This document shows, in pieces, positions 32,275-45,813 of a stretch of 64,000 nucleotides of DNA. How positions within the stretch are numbered: the stretch's first letter is position 1; each line of letters begins with the position of its first letter. Location of the stretch: contig CATNEN010000031.1 in NCBI GenBank assembly GCA_950097015.1, forward strand, positions 2,604,001 to 2,668,000, given 5' to 3'. The DNA comes from Macrostomum hystrix (taxonomy: Eukaryota; Animalia; Platyhelminthes). The notes beneath the pieces are model-generated. The model was not told where the DNA came from, did no database searches, and saw nothing but the letters and a program-made list of their open reading frames with translations. A program made the position numbers and the translations under genes.

Positions 32275-35200
32275 ATGGCATCTGGGTCTTCTGATCGTCA
32301 TGACGGCGGACGGAAGCTCTCGTAAGAAAGTTTTACGCTAAAATAATGTATATATTTTCACACTTGTGAGCTGTCATTGCTAGGAAATGTTTACTTATAT
32401 TGTGCCAGCAAACAAATTTCGGAACTTTGTTCAGTAAATGTTTCAAAATTGAGATGGCTACTTCTGCAAAAAGTATGACATTGATTATGAAATAGGTTAG
32501 CTTATTCTTCTCAACGTGATTTGTAAACTCTAGCAAAACATTGTCTTTTGTCAAATATAGAGATTGTTTATTAGAATATGCTATTAAATTTGGTTGATTG
32601 CTTCATCTTGAACTAGGCCTATGAAATAGAATTTGACTGTTATAAGTTAAAAATATGTGCAATATATATTCTGTTAGAATAATAAAATTCTTTTATTTAA
32701 ATAGGGATATTTAAACTAATACAATAATCAATAATAGCAACACAGTTGTTAGCTATAGTATACTTTTGCTTTATCTATAGTATAGGGCCTATATTTATTT
32801 GGTTGCTGGGCATTTTGGTGCCTGTGGTTTTTTGGGGTACCTGGACACTTTGTCATCTTACAACTTCGTCATCCAGATGACAATCTGTCCAATATCTCAG
32901 AGGGTGGATGACGAAGAGACTTAGACTTGTGGATAGGGCCTACATTGTCATCTATAAAACAAAAGTTTTCAAAGTTAGAACAGAACCACCCCTCCCCACC
33001 CCTCCTCACATTGTGTTGGCACCTATCTTTCAACTCTTATAATGAAAGCAGTTTTGTCAACCTTTTTGACAATTTAAAGTGTGAGGTGTGCTCAAACCTC
33101 TGCCCCACCACCCCACCCTCACTTTATTGATGACAAACTTGATTGCTTGTTTGTAGTAGATGACGAACTGACCAAACTTTAAAGCATGCCCATTGGCTAG
33201 ATGACGAAGTGTCCTACCTTCCAAGTGGATGACGAAGTTGTAAGATGACAAAGTGTCTAGCATCCATTTTTAGGTACCTGATCTTGCTTTTTGGTACCTT
33301 TGATGCATATTTGTTCCAACAAATACATGAAGTATAAGATGTTATATAACATTACAATGCATTATTTGCAGTGTGTCTATCTTGTTTTGTTTTTTTCAAG
33401 GCATCAAACCCATTTTTGTATGTTATGTTTGTTATGTGCATGTAAATGCATGTATATATAAATGAAAGGTAGCATTGTAATTCCAATTGTACTACTAAGG
33501 CAGACATATATTCTTTTTATCACAATTTTTTGCCAGACACAAAAACGAAAAGTGAACAAATTAGCAAATAAAGCAAAGATTAAAAGCCATTGCATTAAAA
33601 CATGTTTAAACAAAGTGAATAAAAAAGAAAGTTATATATGACTAAATGTATAGCTAGAACCATAGGTCTAAAGCTTCTAATTGTTTAATAGCCAACAAAG
33701 TGGGTGCAAGTGAAAAGAAGCTAAGTTGCAGTCATCATACTCTCTGAAAACTGCCTCCAAGCTTTATGTATATTTGCCTGCATTGTCTGATAGGCGGTGC
33801 ACTGTCTGTGGCACAGAGCCTCTCGGGATATAAGCTACATGTTAATGGGGATCATGCCAGCCTCATCAAAGAGCAGGTGCAGTGGTATGTAAAATTGTAG
33901 CTTTCTGCTTCTAGCATTGCCATTCAACTGCCTGTGATACCCTTCAACATTGTTGTTTGATTTAATGCTAATGATTTAATTTAATGTTAAGCACACTGAT
34001 GTTTTGGGAGTCCACAGAATGTCAGACTGTCTAGAGACTGTCACAGACTGTTAAAAATGGTTTGATGCATTGAAAAAAACAAGACAGCCACTGCTAATAA
34101 TGCATTGTAATGCTATGCAATTTCCTATATGTCATATATTTGTGGGAACCAAAATTTGTGGGAATGAAATGCATCAAAAGGTGCCAAAAGCCTGGCAACC
34201 ATTTATTTATGGTCTTAGTCTTTCAAATAATTTTTTTAGCTAAAGCAATAAATAAAAATAGAAAACAGTAATACTTTTTGCATTTTTTTCACAATTCTAT
34301 AGATAGAATAGGACTATTGTATGAATAGTCCAATGTATAAATCTAGATATCATGTTTTTTTATTACCAGTTCCTTATATTCTTATTCCTAAAGCTAATTA
34401 TACATAGCTAGCGTATAAATCAAAAATATTATATAAAATGTAGCACATAGCACAAATACCTTTATTTCTTTTTTATAATAGCTTTATGTTACTTTAGCTA
34501 TCTATTGCTAATTGCTATTAAATATTATATGAAAGTACCCTATAGCTTAGTTGGAAGTTTATAATATGAAAAAGGCCTAATGCCATAGGAATAAATGTTC
34601 AAGCAATTGGATACATTTTATAACTGAGTCCAGACTATTTTAACACATCTTACTATGTACTTTTGTTTAAACCAAAAATGGTATATGCTTGCACATTTAG
34701 TCCAATAGTTGATGTGTTCCTTTTCTATATTTATGTACTTTTTAATTCTTAGTAAGACATGTTTATAGTATTTCATTTTTTGCAAAAATATTTTTTACTC
34801 CATACTACTTATTCTACATGTTTACTTCTATTCCTGTGCATCCTATTACTATCCTGAAACATTGTAGAACAACAGGTGAAAGCCTTTATCAGGTACTCGG
34901 CTTGCAGAAGGATGCAACACCTGAACAAATCAAGAAGGCTTATAGAAAGGTCTGTTTGTAAATCTATGTTGCTTTACTTCTTAACTCTCTTGAGAAAAAG
35001 AGTAAGTTTCGATCTCCAAACGCAACGCCCGATGTTTGACTGATCTATTTCAGCTGGCCTTGCAGTATCATCCGGATAAGAACCCAGACCCGGCGTCTGC
35101 TGAAAAGGTCAGTTGATTTTAGATATTTTTCAGCGCTTTTCTAGTAACTAACTAGGCAAATTTAATAGTACTCTTGAGTACGGCCTCCGCAGTTCAAAGA

Positions 35201-38200
35201 GATCAACCGGGCTAACCGAGTCCTCAGCGATGAGACCAAGAAGAGCATCTACGACAAGTACGGCTCCATGGGCCTGCACATCGCGTCCCAGTTCGGAGAG
35301 GACAATGTCAATGCCTACTTTGTGCTGAGCCATCCATGCTGCAAGGTCTGCGGCTGTGCTGTTCAATTAACGCGTTTGTTTAAGTCCACTGGATGGGATA
35401 TCTGGATGGCAATGGAGATTATTGACAGCCAAAAACAAACAATGAATATAAGTGCGGTTTAATTCTAAGTCAGTGAGCTTATAGTCCAGTGGTTGTAGCT
35501 ACGGACCTTGTGACCAAGAGGTCGGGAGTTCAAATCGCACCCCAATATTTCGGGAGTTCGAATCGCATCCCAAGAGAGGTCGGGAGTTCGAATCGCAGCC
35601 CAAGAGGTCGGGATTTCGAATCGCAGCCCAAGAGGTCGGGAGTTCGAATCGCACCCCAATATTTAGGGAGTTCGATTCGCATCCCAAGAGAGGTCGGGAG
35701 TTCGAATCGCAGCCATAGAGGTCGGGACTTCGAATCGCAGCCATAGAGGTCGGGAGTTCGAATCGCAGCCCAAGAGGTCGGGAGTTAGAATCGCAGCCCA
35801 AGAGAGACAACAGCTGTCTTCTTGAGCTAGTGACTTTATTTCCTAGTGCTTCGGCTTACCCAGCGGCAAAATGGGTACAAAAATCGGTCTGGGGGGAAAA
35901 GTTTCTATGGGTCTGGCGGCTTTCCCTGTCCATGGACTGAACAGCTGTACACAAGCTTTTTTGAAAGCGCCTTTGAATAGCCACTGGCTTTACATCTGGC
36001 CCAACTGCGCAAGCTGTCATTTATATCTATCCATACAGGGATTATTGACAGCAAATAGAGGATGTTGGTGGGGATTATTGACAGCCAAATAGAGGATATT
36101 CGAGGGGATTATTGACAGCAAATAGAGGATGTTGGTGGAGATTATTGACAGCCAAATAGAGGATGTTGGTGGGGATTATTGACAGCAAATAGAGGATGTT
36201 GGTGGGGATTATTGACAGCAAATAGAGGATGTTGGTGGGGATTATTGACAGCAAATAGAGGATGTTGGTGGGGATTATTGACAGCAAATAGAGGATGTTG
36301 GTGGGGATTATTGACAGCAAATAGAGGATGTTGGTGGGGATTATTGACAGCCAAATAGAGGATGTTGGTGGGGATTATTGACAGCAAATAGAGGATGAAA
36401 GTAGGGATTATTGACAGCAAATAGAGGATGAAAGTAGGGATTATTGACAGCAAATAGATGATGAAAGTAGGGATTATTGACAGCAAGTAGAGGATGAAAG
36501 TAGGGATTATTGACAGCCAAATAGAGGATGTTCGTGGGGATTATTGACAGCCAAATAGAGGATATTCGAGGGGATTATTGACAGCAAATAGAGGATGTTG
36601 GTGGAGATTATTGACAGCCAAATAGAGGATGTTGGTGGGGATTATTGACAGCCAAATAGAGGATGTTGGTGGGGATTATTAACAGCCAAATAGAGGATTT
36701 TGGTGGGGATTATTGACAGAAAAAAGAGGATGAAAGTAGGGATTATTGACAGCAAATAGAGGATGAAAGTAGGGATTATTGACAGAAAATAGATGATGAA
36801 AGTAGGGATTATTGACAGCAAGTAGAGGATGAAAGTAGGGATTATTGACAGCCAAATAGAGGATGTTCGTGGGGATTATTGACAGCCAAATAGAGGATAT
36901 TCGAGGGGATTATTGACAGCAAATAGAGGATGTTGGTGGGGATTATTGACAGCCAAATAGAGGATGTTGGTGGGGATTATTAACAGCCAAATAGAGGATT
37001 TTGGTGGGGATTATTGACAGAAAAAAAGAGGATGAAAGTAGGGATTATTGACAGCCAAATAGAGGATGAAAGTAGGGATTATTGACAGCAAATAGAGGAT
37101 GAAAGTAGGGATTATTGACAGCCAAATAGAGGATGAAAGTAGGGATTATTGACAGCAAATAGAGGATGAAAGTAGGGATTATTGACAGCAAATAGATGAT
37201 GAAAGTAGGGATTATTGACAGCAAATAGAGGATGAAAGTAGGGATTATTGACAGCAAATAGATGATGAAAGTAGGGATTATTGACAGCCAAATAGATGAT
37301 GAAAGTAGGGATTATTGACAGCCAAATAGAGGATGAAAGTAGGGATTATTGACAGCAAATAGAGGATGAAAGTAGGGATTATTGACAGCAAATAGAGGAT
37401 GAAAGTAGGGATTATTGACAGCAAATAGAGGATGAAAGTAGGGATTATTGACAGCAAATAGAGGATGAAAGTAGGGATTATTGACAGCCAAATAGAGGAT
37501 GAAAGTAGGGATTATTAACAGCCAAATAGAGGATGAAAGTAGGGATTATTAACAGCAAATAGAGGATGAAAGTAGGGATTATTGACAGCAAATAGAGGAT
37601 GAAAGTAGGGATTATTGACAGCCAAATAGAGGATGAAAGTAGGGATTATTAACAGCCAAATAGAGGATGAAAGTAGGGATTATTAACAGCCAAATAGAGG
37701 ATGTTGGTGTGTATTATTGACAGAAAAAAGAGGATGAAAGTATGGATTATTGACAGCCAATGGAAGATGAAAGTAGGGATTATTGACAGCCAAATAGAGG
37801 ATGAAAGTAGGGATTATTAACAGCAAATAGAGGATGAAAGTAGGGATTATTGACAGCAAATAGAGGATGAAAGTAGGGATTATTGACAGCCAAATAGAGG
37901 ATGAAAGTAGGGATTATTAACAGCCAAATAGAGGATGTTCGAGGGGATTATTGACAGCCAATGGAAGATGAAAGTAGGGATTATTGACAGCCAATGGAAG
38001 ATGAAAGTAGGGATTATTGACAGCCAAATAGAGGATGAAAGTAGGGATTATTAACAGCAAATAGAGGATGAAAGTAGGGATTATTGACAGCAAATAGAGG
38101 ATGAAAGTAGGGATTATTGACAGCCAAATAGAGGATGAAAGTAGGGATTATTAACAGCAAATAGAGGATGAAAGTAGGGATTATTGACAGCAAATAGAGG

Positions 38201-41200
38201 ATGAAAGTAGGGATTATTGACAGCCAAATAGAGGATGAAAGTAGGGATTATTAACAGCCAAATAGAGGATGTTCGAGGGGATTATTGACAGCCATTTAGA
38301 GGATGTTGGTGGAGATTATTGACAGCCAAATAGAGGATGTTGGTGGGGATTATTGACAGCAAATAGAGGATGTTGGTGGGGATTATTGACAGCCAAATAG
38401 AGGATGTTGGTGGGGATTATTAACAGCCAAATAGAGGATTTTGGTGGGGATTATTGACAGAAAAAAGAGGATGAAAGTAGGGATTATTGACAGCAAATAG
38501 ATGATGAAAGTAGGGATTATTAACAGCCAAATAGAGGATGTTGGTGTGTATTATTGACAGAAAAAAAGAGGATGAAAGTAGGGATTATTGACAGCCAATG
38601 GAAGATGAAAGTAGGGATTATTGACAGAAAAAAGAGGATGAAAGTAGGGATTATTGACAGCAAATAGATGATGAAAGTAGGGATTATTAACAGCCAAATA
38701 GAGGATGTTGGTGTGTATTATTGACAGAAAAAAAGAGGATGAAAGTAGGGATTATTGACAGCCAATGGAAGATGAAAGTAGGGATTATTGCCAGCCAAAT
38801 AGAGGATGAAAGTAGGGATTATTGACAGCAAATAGAGGATGAAAGTAGGGATTATTGACAGCAAATAGAGGATGAAAGTAGGGATTATTGACAGCCAAAT
38901 AGAGGATGAAAGTAGGGATTATTAACAGCCAAATAGAGGATGAAAGTAGGGATTATTAACAGCAAATAGAGGATGAAAGTAGGGATTATTGACAGCAAAT
39001 AGAGGATGAAAGTAGGGATTATTGACAGCCAAATAGAGGATGAAAGTAGGGATTATTAACAGCCAAATAGAGGATGTTCGAGGGGATTATTGACAGCAAA
39101 TAGAGGATGAAAGTAGGGATTATTGACAGCCAAATAGAGGATGAAAGTAGGGATTATTAACAGCCAAATAGAGGATGAAAGTAGGGATTATTAACAGCCA
39201 AATAGAGGATGTTGGTGTGTATTATTGACAGAAAAAAGAGGATGAAAGTATGGATTTTTGACAGCCAATGGAAGATGAAAGTAGGGATTATTGACAGCCA
39301 AATAGAGGATGAAAGTAGGGATTATTAACAGCAAATAGAGGATGAAAGTAGGGATTATTGACAGCAAATAGAGGATGAAAGTAGGGATTATTGACAGCCA
39401 ATGGAAGATGAAAGTAGGGATTATTGACAGCCAATGGAAGATGAAAGTAGGGATTATTGACAGCCAAATAGAGGATGAAAGTAGGGATTATTAACAGCAA
39501 ATAGAGGATGAAAGTAGGGATTATTGACAGCAAATAGAGGATGAAAGTAGGGATTATTGACAGCCAAATAGAGGATGAAAGTAGGGATTATTAACAGCCA
39601 AATAGAGGATGTTCGAGGGGATTATTGACAGCCAATGGAAGATGAAAGTAGGGATTATTGACAGCCAATGGAAGATGAAAGTAGGGATTATTGACAGCCA
39701 AATAGAGGATGAAAGTAGGGATTATTAACAGCAAATAGAGGATGAAAGTAGGGATTATTGACAGCAAATAGAGGATGAAAGTAGGGATTATTGACAGCCA
39801 AATAGAGGATGAAAGTAGGGATTATTAACAGCAAATAGAGGATGAAAGTAGGGATTATTGACAGCAAATAGAGGATGAAAGTAGGGATTATTGACAGCCA
39901 AATAGAGGATGAAAGTAGGGATTATTAACAGCCAAATAGAGGATGTTCGAGGGGATTATTGACAGCCATTTAGAGGATGTTGGTGGAGATTATTGACAGC
40001 CAAATAGAGGATGTTGGTGGGGATTATTGACAGCCAAATAGAGGATGTTGGTGGGGATTATTGACAGAAAAAAGAGGATGAAAGTAGGGATTATTGACAG
40101 CAAATAGATGATGAAAGTAGGGATTATTAACAGCCAAATAGAGGATGTTGGTGTGTATTATTGACAGAAAAAAAGAGGATGAAAGTAGGGATTATTGACA
40201 GCCAATGGAAGATGAAAGTAGGGATTATTGACAGCAAATAGAGGATGTTGGTGGGGATTATTGACAGCCAAATAGAGGATGTTGGTGGGGATTATTAACA
40301 GCCAAATAGAGGATTTTGGTGGGGATTATTGACAGAAAAAAGAGGATGAAAGTAGGGATTATTGACAGCAAATAGATGATGAAAGTAGGGATTATTAACA
40401 GCCAAATAGAGGATGTTGGTGTGTATTATTGACAGAAAAAAAGAGGATGAAAGTAGGGATTATTGACAGCCAATGGAAGATGAAAGTAGGGATTATTGAC
40501 AGCAAATAGAGGATGAAAGTAGGGATTATTGACAGCCAATGGAAGATGAAAGTAGGGATTATTGACAGCCAAATAGAGGATGAAAGTAGGGATTATTAAC
40601 AGCAAATAGAGGATGAAAGTAGGGATTATTGACAGCAAATAGAGGATGAAAGTAGGGATTATTGACAGCCAATGGAAGATGAAAGTAGGGATTATTGACA
40701 GCCAATGGAAGATGAAAGTAGGGATTATTGACAGCCAAATAGAGGATGAAAGTAGGGATTATTAACAGCAAATAGAGGATGAAAGTAGGGATTATTGACA
40801 GCAAATAGAGGATGAAAGTAGGGATTATTGACAGCCAAATAGAGGATGAAAGTAGGGATTATTAACAGCCAAATAGAGGATGTTCGAGGGGATTATTGAC
40901 AGCCAATGGAAGATGAAAGTAGGGATTATTGACAGCCAATGGAAGATGAAAGTAGGGATTATTGACAGCCAAATAGAGGATGAAAGTAGGGATTATTAAC
41001 AGCAAATAGAGGATGAAAGTAGGGATTATTGACAGCAAATAGAGGATGAAAGTAGGGATTATTGACAGCCAAATAGAGGATGAAAGTAGGGATTATTAAC
41101 AGCCAAATAGAGGATGTTCGAGGGGATTATTGACAGCCATTTAGAGGATGTTGGTGGAGATTATTGACAGCCAAATAGAGGATGTTGGTGGGGATTATTG

Positions 41201-44200
41201 ACAGCCAAATAGAGGATGTTGGTGGGGATTATTGACAGCCAAATAGAGGATTTTGGTGGGGATTATTGACAGCAAATAGATGATGAAAGTAGGGATTATT
41301 AACAGCCAAATAGAGGATGTTAGTGTGTATTATTGACAGAAAAAAAGAGGATGAAAGTAGGGATTATTGACAGCCAATGGAAGATGAAAGTAGGGATTAT
41401 TGACAGAAAAAAGAGGATGAAAGTAGGGATTATTGACAGCAAATAGATGATGAAAGTAGGGATTATTAACAGCCAAATAGAGGATGTTGGTGTGTATTAT
41501 TGACAGAAAAAAAGAGGATGAAAGTAGGGATTATTGACAGCCAATGGAAGATGAAAGTAGGGATTATTGCCAGCCAAATAGAGGATGAAAGTAGGGATTA
41601 TTGACAGCAAATAGAGGATGAAAGTAGGGATTATTGACAGCAAATAGAGGATGAAAGTAGGGATTATTGACAGCAAATAGAGGATGTTGGTGTGGATTAT
41701 TGACAGAAAAAAGAGGATGAAAGTAGGGATTATTGACAGCAAATAGAGGATGAAAGTAGGGATTATTGACAGCAAATAGAGGATTAAAATGTAGGGATTA
41801 TTAACAGCCAAATAGAGGATGAAAGTAGGGATTATTGACAGCAAATAGAGGATGCCAGTTGGAATTATCGAAACAATTAGTAGGGTATAGCCATTATAAA
41901 GCCATTAGGAGATATTTATAAAGTTGGTTTTATCGTTGCATAGCTTAAAAGTGCGAAAAATGAATAAGCGAGAATGTTAGCACCGAATTTTTGTTAACTA
42001 CGAGTATTTCGCATGTCAAGCACTCTTTTAAGGCAAGTGAATTTTACTTCTAAGCATAGCTGTTCATCGCTGTACACTCAAACTGTGCTGGGCTGTGTTG
42101 ACGCTATAGAGTGGTTTAGAATCCGCAATTTTGACTCAGCCAAAAAATTAAACTCCTGAGCACATTGCTCAGCCAAGAGACACGCATTTCCGTCACGCCC
42201 CCGCGACATCCTCCCTCCCTTCACCGCCCATTACCGCCCTCCTCCGTTGCCGCTCCGAGCTCTTCAAATAGAAAATCAATCGATAATTTCGTAGAGTGAA
42301 CTAGAGAGCATTGCGCGTTGTGTGGCAGTCATTGCAGTTTCAGACAAAATTTAACTTTTTCTCTCGGATAGCGTTTTAACTGAAGCAAATTTCTCTGTAT
42401 TTCTCTGTCTGCACAGTAAGCTAAAGATTCAGAAGTAAACGAAAGAGTCGGCAGGCCTATTACGGGGTTAATTAGGGCCTCATTACATAGTAGAGAAGTG
42501 GGTAATTAGAGCCTCATTAGATGGTAGAGGACCTAACAGTGGGTCATTAGGGCCTCATTACATAGTAGAGAAGTGGGTAATTAGAGCCTCATTAGATGGT
42601 AGAGGACCTAACAGTGGGTCATTAGGGCCTCATTAGATGGTAGAGGACCTAACAGTGGGTCATTAGGGCCTCATTACATAGTAGAGAAGTGGGTAATTAG
42701 AGCCTCATTAGATGGTAGAGGACCTAACAGTGGGTCATTAGGGCCTCATTAGATGGTAGAGGACCTAACAGTGGGTAATTAGAGCCTCATTAGATGGTAG
42801 AGGACCTAACAGTGGGTAATTAGGGCCTCATTACATAGTAGAGGAGTGGGTAATTAGGGCCTCATTAAATGGTAGAGGACCTAACAGTGGGTAATTAGAG
42901 CCTTATTACATAGTAGAGGAGTGGGTAATTAGGGCCTCATTAAATGGTAGAGGACCTAACAGTGGGTAATTAGGGCCTCATTAAATGGTAGAGGACCTAC
43001 CAGTGGGTAATTGGGGCCTCATTAAATGGTAGAGGACCTAACAGTGGGTAATTAGAGCCTCATTAAATGGTAGAGGACGTAACAGTGGGTAATTAGGGCC
43101 TCATTACATAGTAGAGGAGTGGGTAATTAGGGCCTCATTACATAATAGAGTTTTGGTAACAAGGCCTAGTTTTGTCCTACAGGAGTGGGTAATGCCTAAT
43201 GCATAGTAGAGCCTACTTACATGTAGTAAGTCATATCAAATTAATCGCCAGTAGGAATAAAACTTTATTATTGGAAAGCACTATCGAACTTATCAGAATC
43301 TTTCAAATTCTGCTAAATTCATGCCTTGCCTCTTTAAGCTAAAACGAAGTTTTTGACTATGTCTATTCAGTGAGCATATGGAACCTCTGCCTGCTCTAGC
43401 CATTGAGCATTTTCCAAAGCATTCGAGATTAATATCCGGCTTATAGACTTAGCAACAATAGCATTAAGCACTCCTTGCCAGGTAAACAACTAGCTAATCA
43501 GTGTGCGCTCTGAGTGAGCAGCAATACAAGTAATCTAACTGTGATCCCTAGTATTTTCAGGGGATTTCTGATTGGTCATATATATGTTGCTATGAGTTCT
43601 CGGTGATTTCTTCTGGTGTTAAAAATATTTATGACGCCATGTTTATTAGTTCCTGGCGCTAGAGTACTTAAGACCTAGTAAATAACGTGAACTGCGCTAG
43701 CTTTAGGTGCCTTCTAAGAGCCTACATTTTAATCCCAGAGTATGATACTTGAAGGCGTTAGACTTGTACTTTTACAAAAACATATTTTTGAGGATGCCAA
43801 TTTATACTAAAAGTTAGATAATAAATGAGGTGCTGCACACCGGTGAGAAAAGTGAAGAGGTGCTTGCTTTACATATATAAAGAAAGTGAGGTGGTGGGTG
43901 TTGCACAGTGGTAGAGAGAAAGTGAGGTGGTGTGTGTTGCACAGTGGTAGAGAGAAAGTGAGGTGGTGTGTGTTGCACAGTGGTAGAGAGAAAGTGAGGT
44001 GGTGTGTGTTGCACAGTGGTAGAGAGAAAGTGAGGTGGTGTGTGTTGCACAGTGGTAGAGAGAAAGTGAGGTGGTGTGTGTTGCACAGTGGTAGAGAGAA
44101 AGTGAGGTGGTGTGTGTTGCACAGTGGTAGAGAGAAAGTGAGGTGGTGGGTGTTGCACAGTGGTAGAGAGAAAGTGAGGTGGTGTGTGTTGCACAGTGGT

Positions 44201-45813
44201 AGAGAGAAAGTGAGTTGGTGGGTGTTGCACAGTGGTAGAGATAAAGTGAGGTGGTGGGTGTTGCACAGTGGTAGAGAGAAAGTGAGGTGGTGGGTGTTGC
44301 ACAGTGGTAGAGAGAAAGTGAGTTGGTGGGTGTTGCACAGTGGTAGAGAGAAAGTGAGGTGGTGGGTGTTGCACAGTGGTAGAGAGAAAGTGAGGTGGTG
44401 AGTGTTGCACAGTGGTAGAGAGAAAGTCAGGTGGTGGGTGTTGCACAGTGGTAGAGATAAAGTGAGGTGGTGGGTGTTGCACAGTGGTAGAGAGAAAGTC
44501 AGGTGGTGGGTGTTGCACAGTGGTAGAGATAAAGTGAGGTGGTGGGTGTTGCACAGTGGTAGAGATAAAGTGAGGTGGTGGGTGTTGCACAGTGGTAGAG
44601 ATAAAGTGAGGTGGTGGGTGTTGCACAGTGGTAGAGATAAAGTGAGGTGGTGGGTGTTGCACAGTGGTAGAGATAAAGTGAGGTGGTGGGTGTTGCACAG
44701 TGGTAGAGAGAAAGTCAGGTGGTGGGTGTTGCACAGTGGTAGAGATAAAGTGAGGTGGTGGGTGTTGCACAGTGGTAGAGAGAAAGTCAGGTGGTGGGTG
44801 TTGCACAGTGGTAGAGATAAAGTGAGGTGGTGGGTGTTGCACAGTGGTAGAGATAAAGTGAGGTGGTGGGTGTTGCACAGTGGTAGAGATAAAGTGAGGT
44901 GGTGTGTGTTGCACAGTGGTAGAGAGATAGTGAGGTGGTGGGTGTTGCACAGTGATAGAGAGAAAGTCAGGTGGTGGGTGTTGCACAGTGGTAGAAATAA
45001 AGTGAGGTGGTGGGTGTTGCACAGTGGTAGAGAAAATCTCGAAAATGAATCGGTAGCGATTAATGACTTATTCACAGCCTAAACGGTTTTAAAACATATA
45101 GTTGAGTAATACAGATCTCACATTGCTTTTTGCACTCAAGGCCTTGTTCGTCCTGTGCTGCCTCTTCACTGGCTGCTTCTGCTGTCTGTGCTGCTGCTGT
45201 TGCTGCAATTTCTGCTGCGGAAAATGCGCTCCAAAGGATGATGACGAGGAGCCCAGCGAATTTCCAGTGAGTTTTTTCAGCTGTCAGCTGCTACAAATGC
45301 CGTAGATAAAATGACTACAAAGACCTAACTGAACAGACAAGACCGTAGCTAAACAGACTACAGAGACCGTAGCTAAACATACTACAAAGACCGTAGCTAA
45401 AATGACAATGGCAGTAGCTTAACAGACTACAAAGACCATAGCTAAACAGACTACAAAGACCGTAGCTAAACAGACTACAAAAACCGTAGCTAAAAGGACA
45501 AAGGCCGTAGCTTAACAGACTACAAAGACCGTAGCTAGAAGGACTACAAAGATCGTAGCTAAAAGGACAATGGCCGTTGCTAAACAGACTACAAAAACGT
45601 TGCTAAACAGACAACAAAGACCGTCGCTACAAAGACTACTAAGGTTGCAGCGATTTGAATCGCAGAGATGATCCCATCCGCCTTACCATAATCCCACAGC
45701 AGCCGGACAGCCAAGATAGTGCGGTGACTTCACAGCCAAAATCTGCAACTGAGCAGACCTCCCTAAATCAGGATCAGAAACCACCAGACTACACCAGCAG
45801 CAATGGCAACTGA
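32275..45813 (+). CDS. DNAJC5: Cysteine string protein / DNAJC5; exons 32275-32321, 34868-34949, 35054-35107, 35193-35345, 45141-45266 and a last exon ~45651-45813
   Basis: Spliced product [33 protein letters not shown]|[11 protein letters not shown]..|[29 protein letters not shown]..|[29 protein letters not shown]. This gives a J domain with HPD and a cysteine string. The last exon resembles the CSP C-terminus ([14 protein letters not shown]); its junction phase is unresolved. Confidence 0.93.
32841..33260. mobile_element. MITE-like element (~420 bp) in DNAJC5 intron 1
   Basis: ~35-bp TIRs (GACACTTTGTCATCTTACAACTTCGTCATCCA and its reverse complement at 33226-33257) and multiple internal GATGAC(G/A)AA motifs. 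Confidence 0.8.
35470..35880 (+). mobile_element. tRNA-derived SINE with a tandemly amplified B-box segment
   Basis: A-box-like TAGTCCAGTGG, then ~10 units of ~28 bp (GAGGTCGGGAGTTCGAATCGCAGCCCAA), then SINE body (TCTTGAGCTAGTGACTTT..TACCCAGCGGCAAAATGGGTAC). Confidence 0.7.
36040..41850. repeat. 5.8-kb satellite of 33/34-bp units (GGGATTATTGACAGC[C]AAATAGAGGATG[AAAGTA/TTGGTG]) with higher-order structure
   Basis: Direct reading; rare variants recur in blocks. Confidence 0.97.
42465..43145. repeat. Mixed 34/41-bp minisatellite (GGGTAATTAGGGCCTCATTA...)
   Basis: Direct reading. Confidence 0.92.
43880..45035. repeat. 36-bp minisatellite (AGTGAGGTGGTGGGTGTTGCACAGTGGTAGAGAGAA)n
   Basis: Direct reading; explains the [12 protein letters not shown] repeat ORFs. 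Confidence 0.96.
45315..45640. repeat. Degenerate ~24-27-bp repeat (CAGACTACAAAGACCGTAGCTAAA)n
   Basis: Direct reading. Confidence 0.85.

Noticed and set aside
35476-35550. tRNA-His gene
   Set aside because: A- and B-boxes and a GTG loop are present, but there is no closed acceptor stem and it continues into SINE body; treated as a SINE head.
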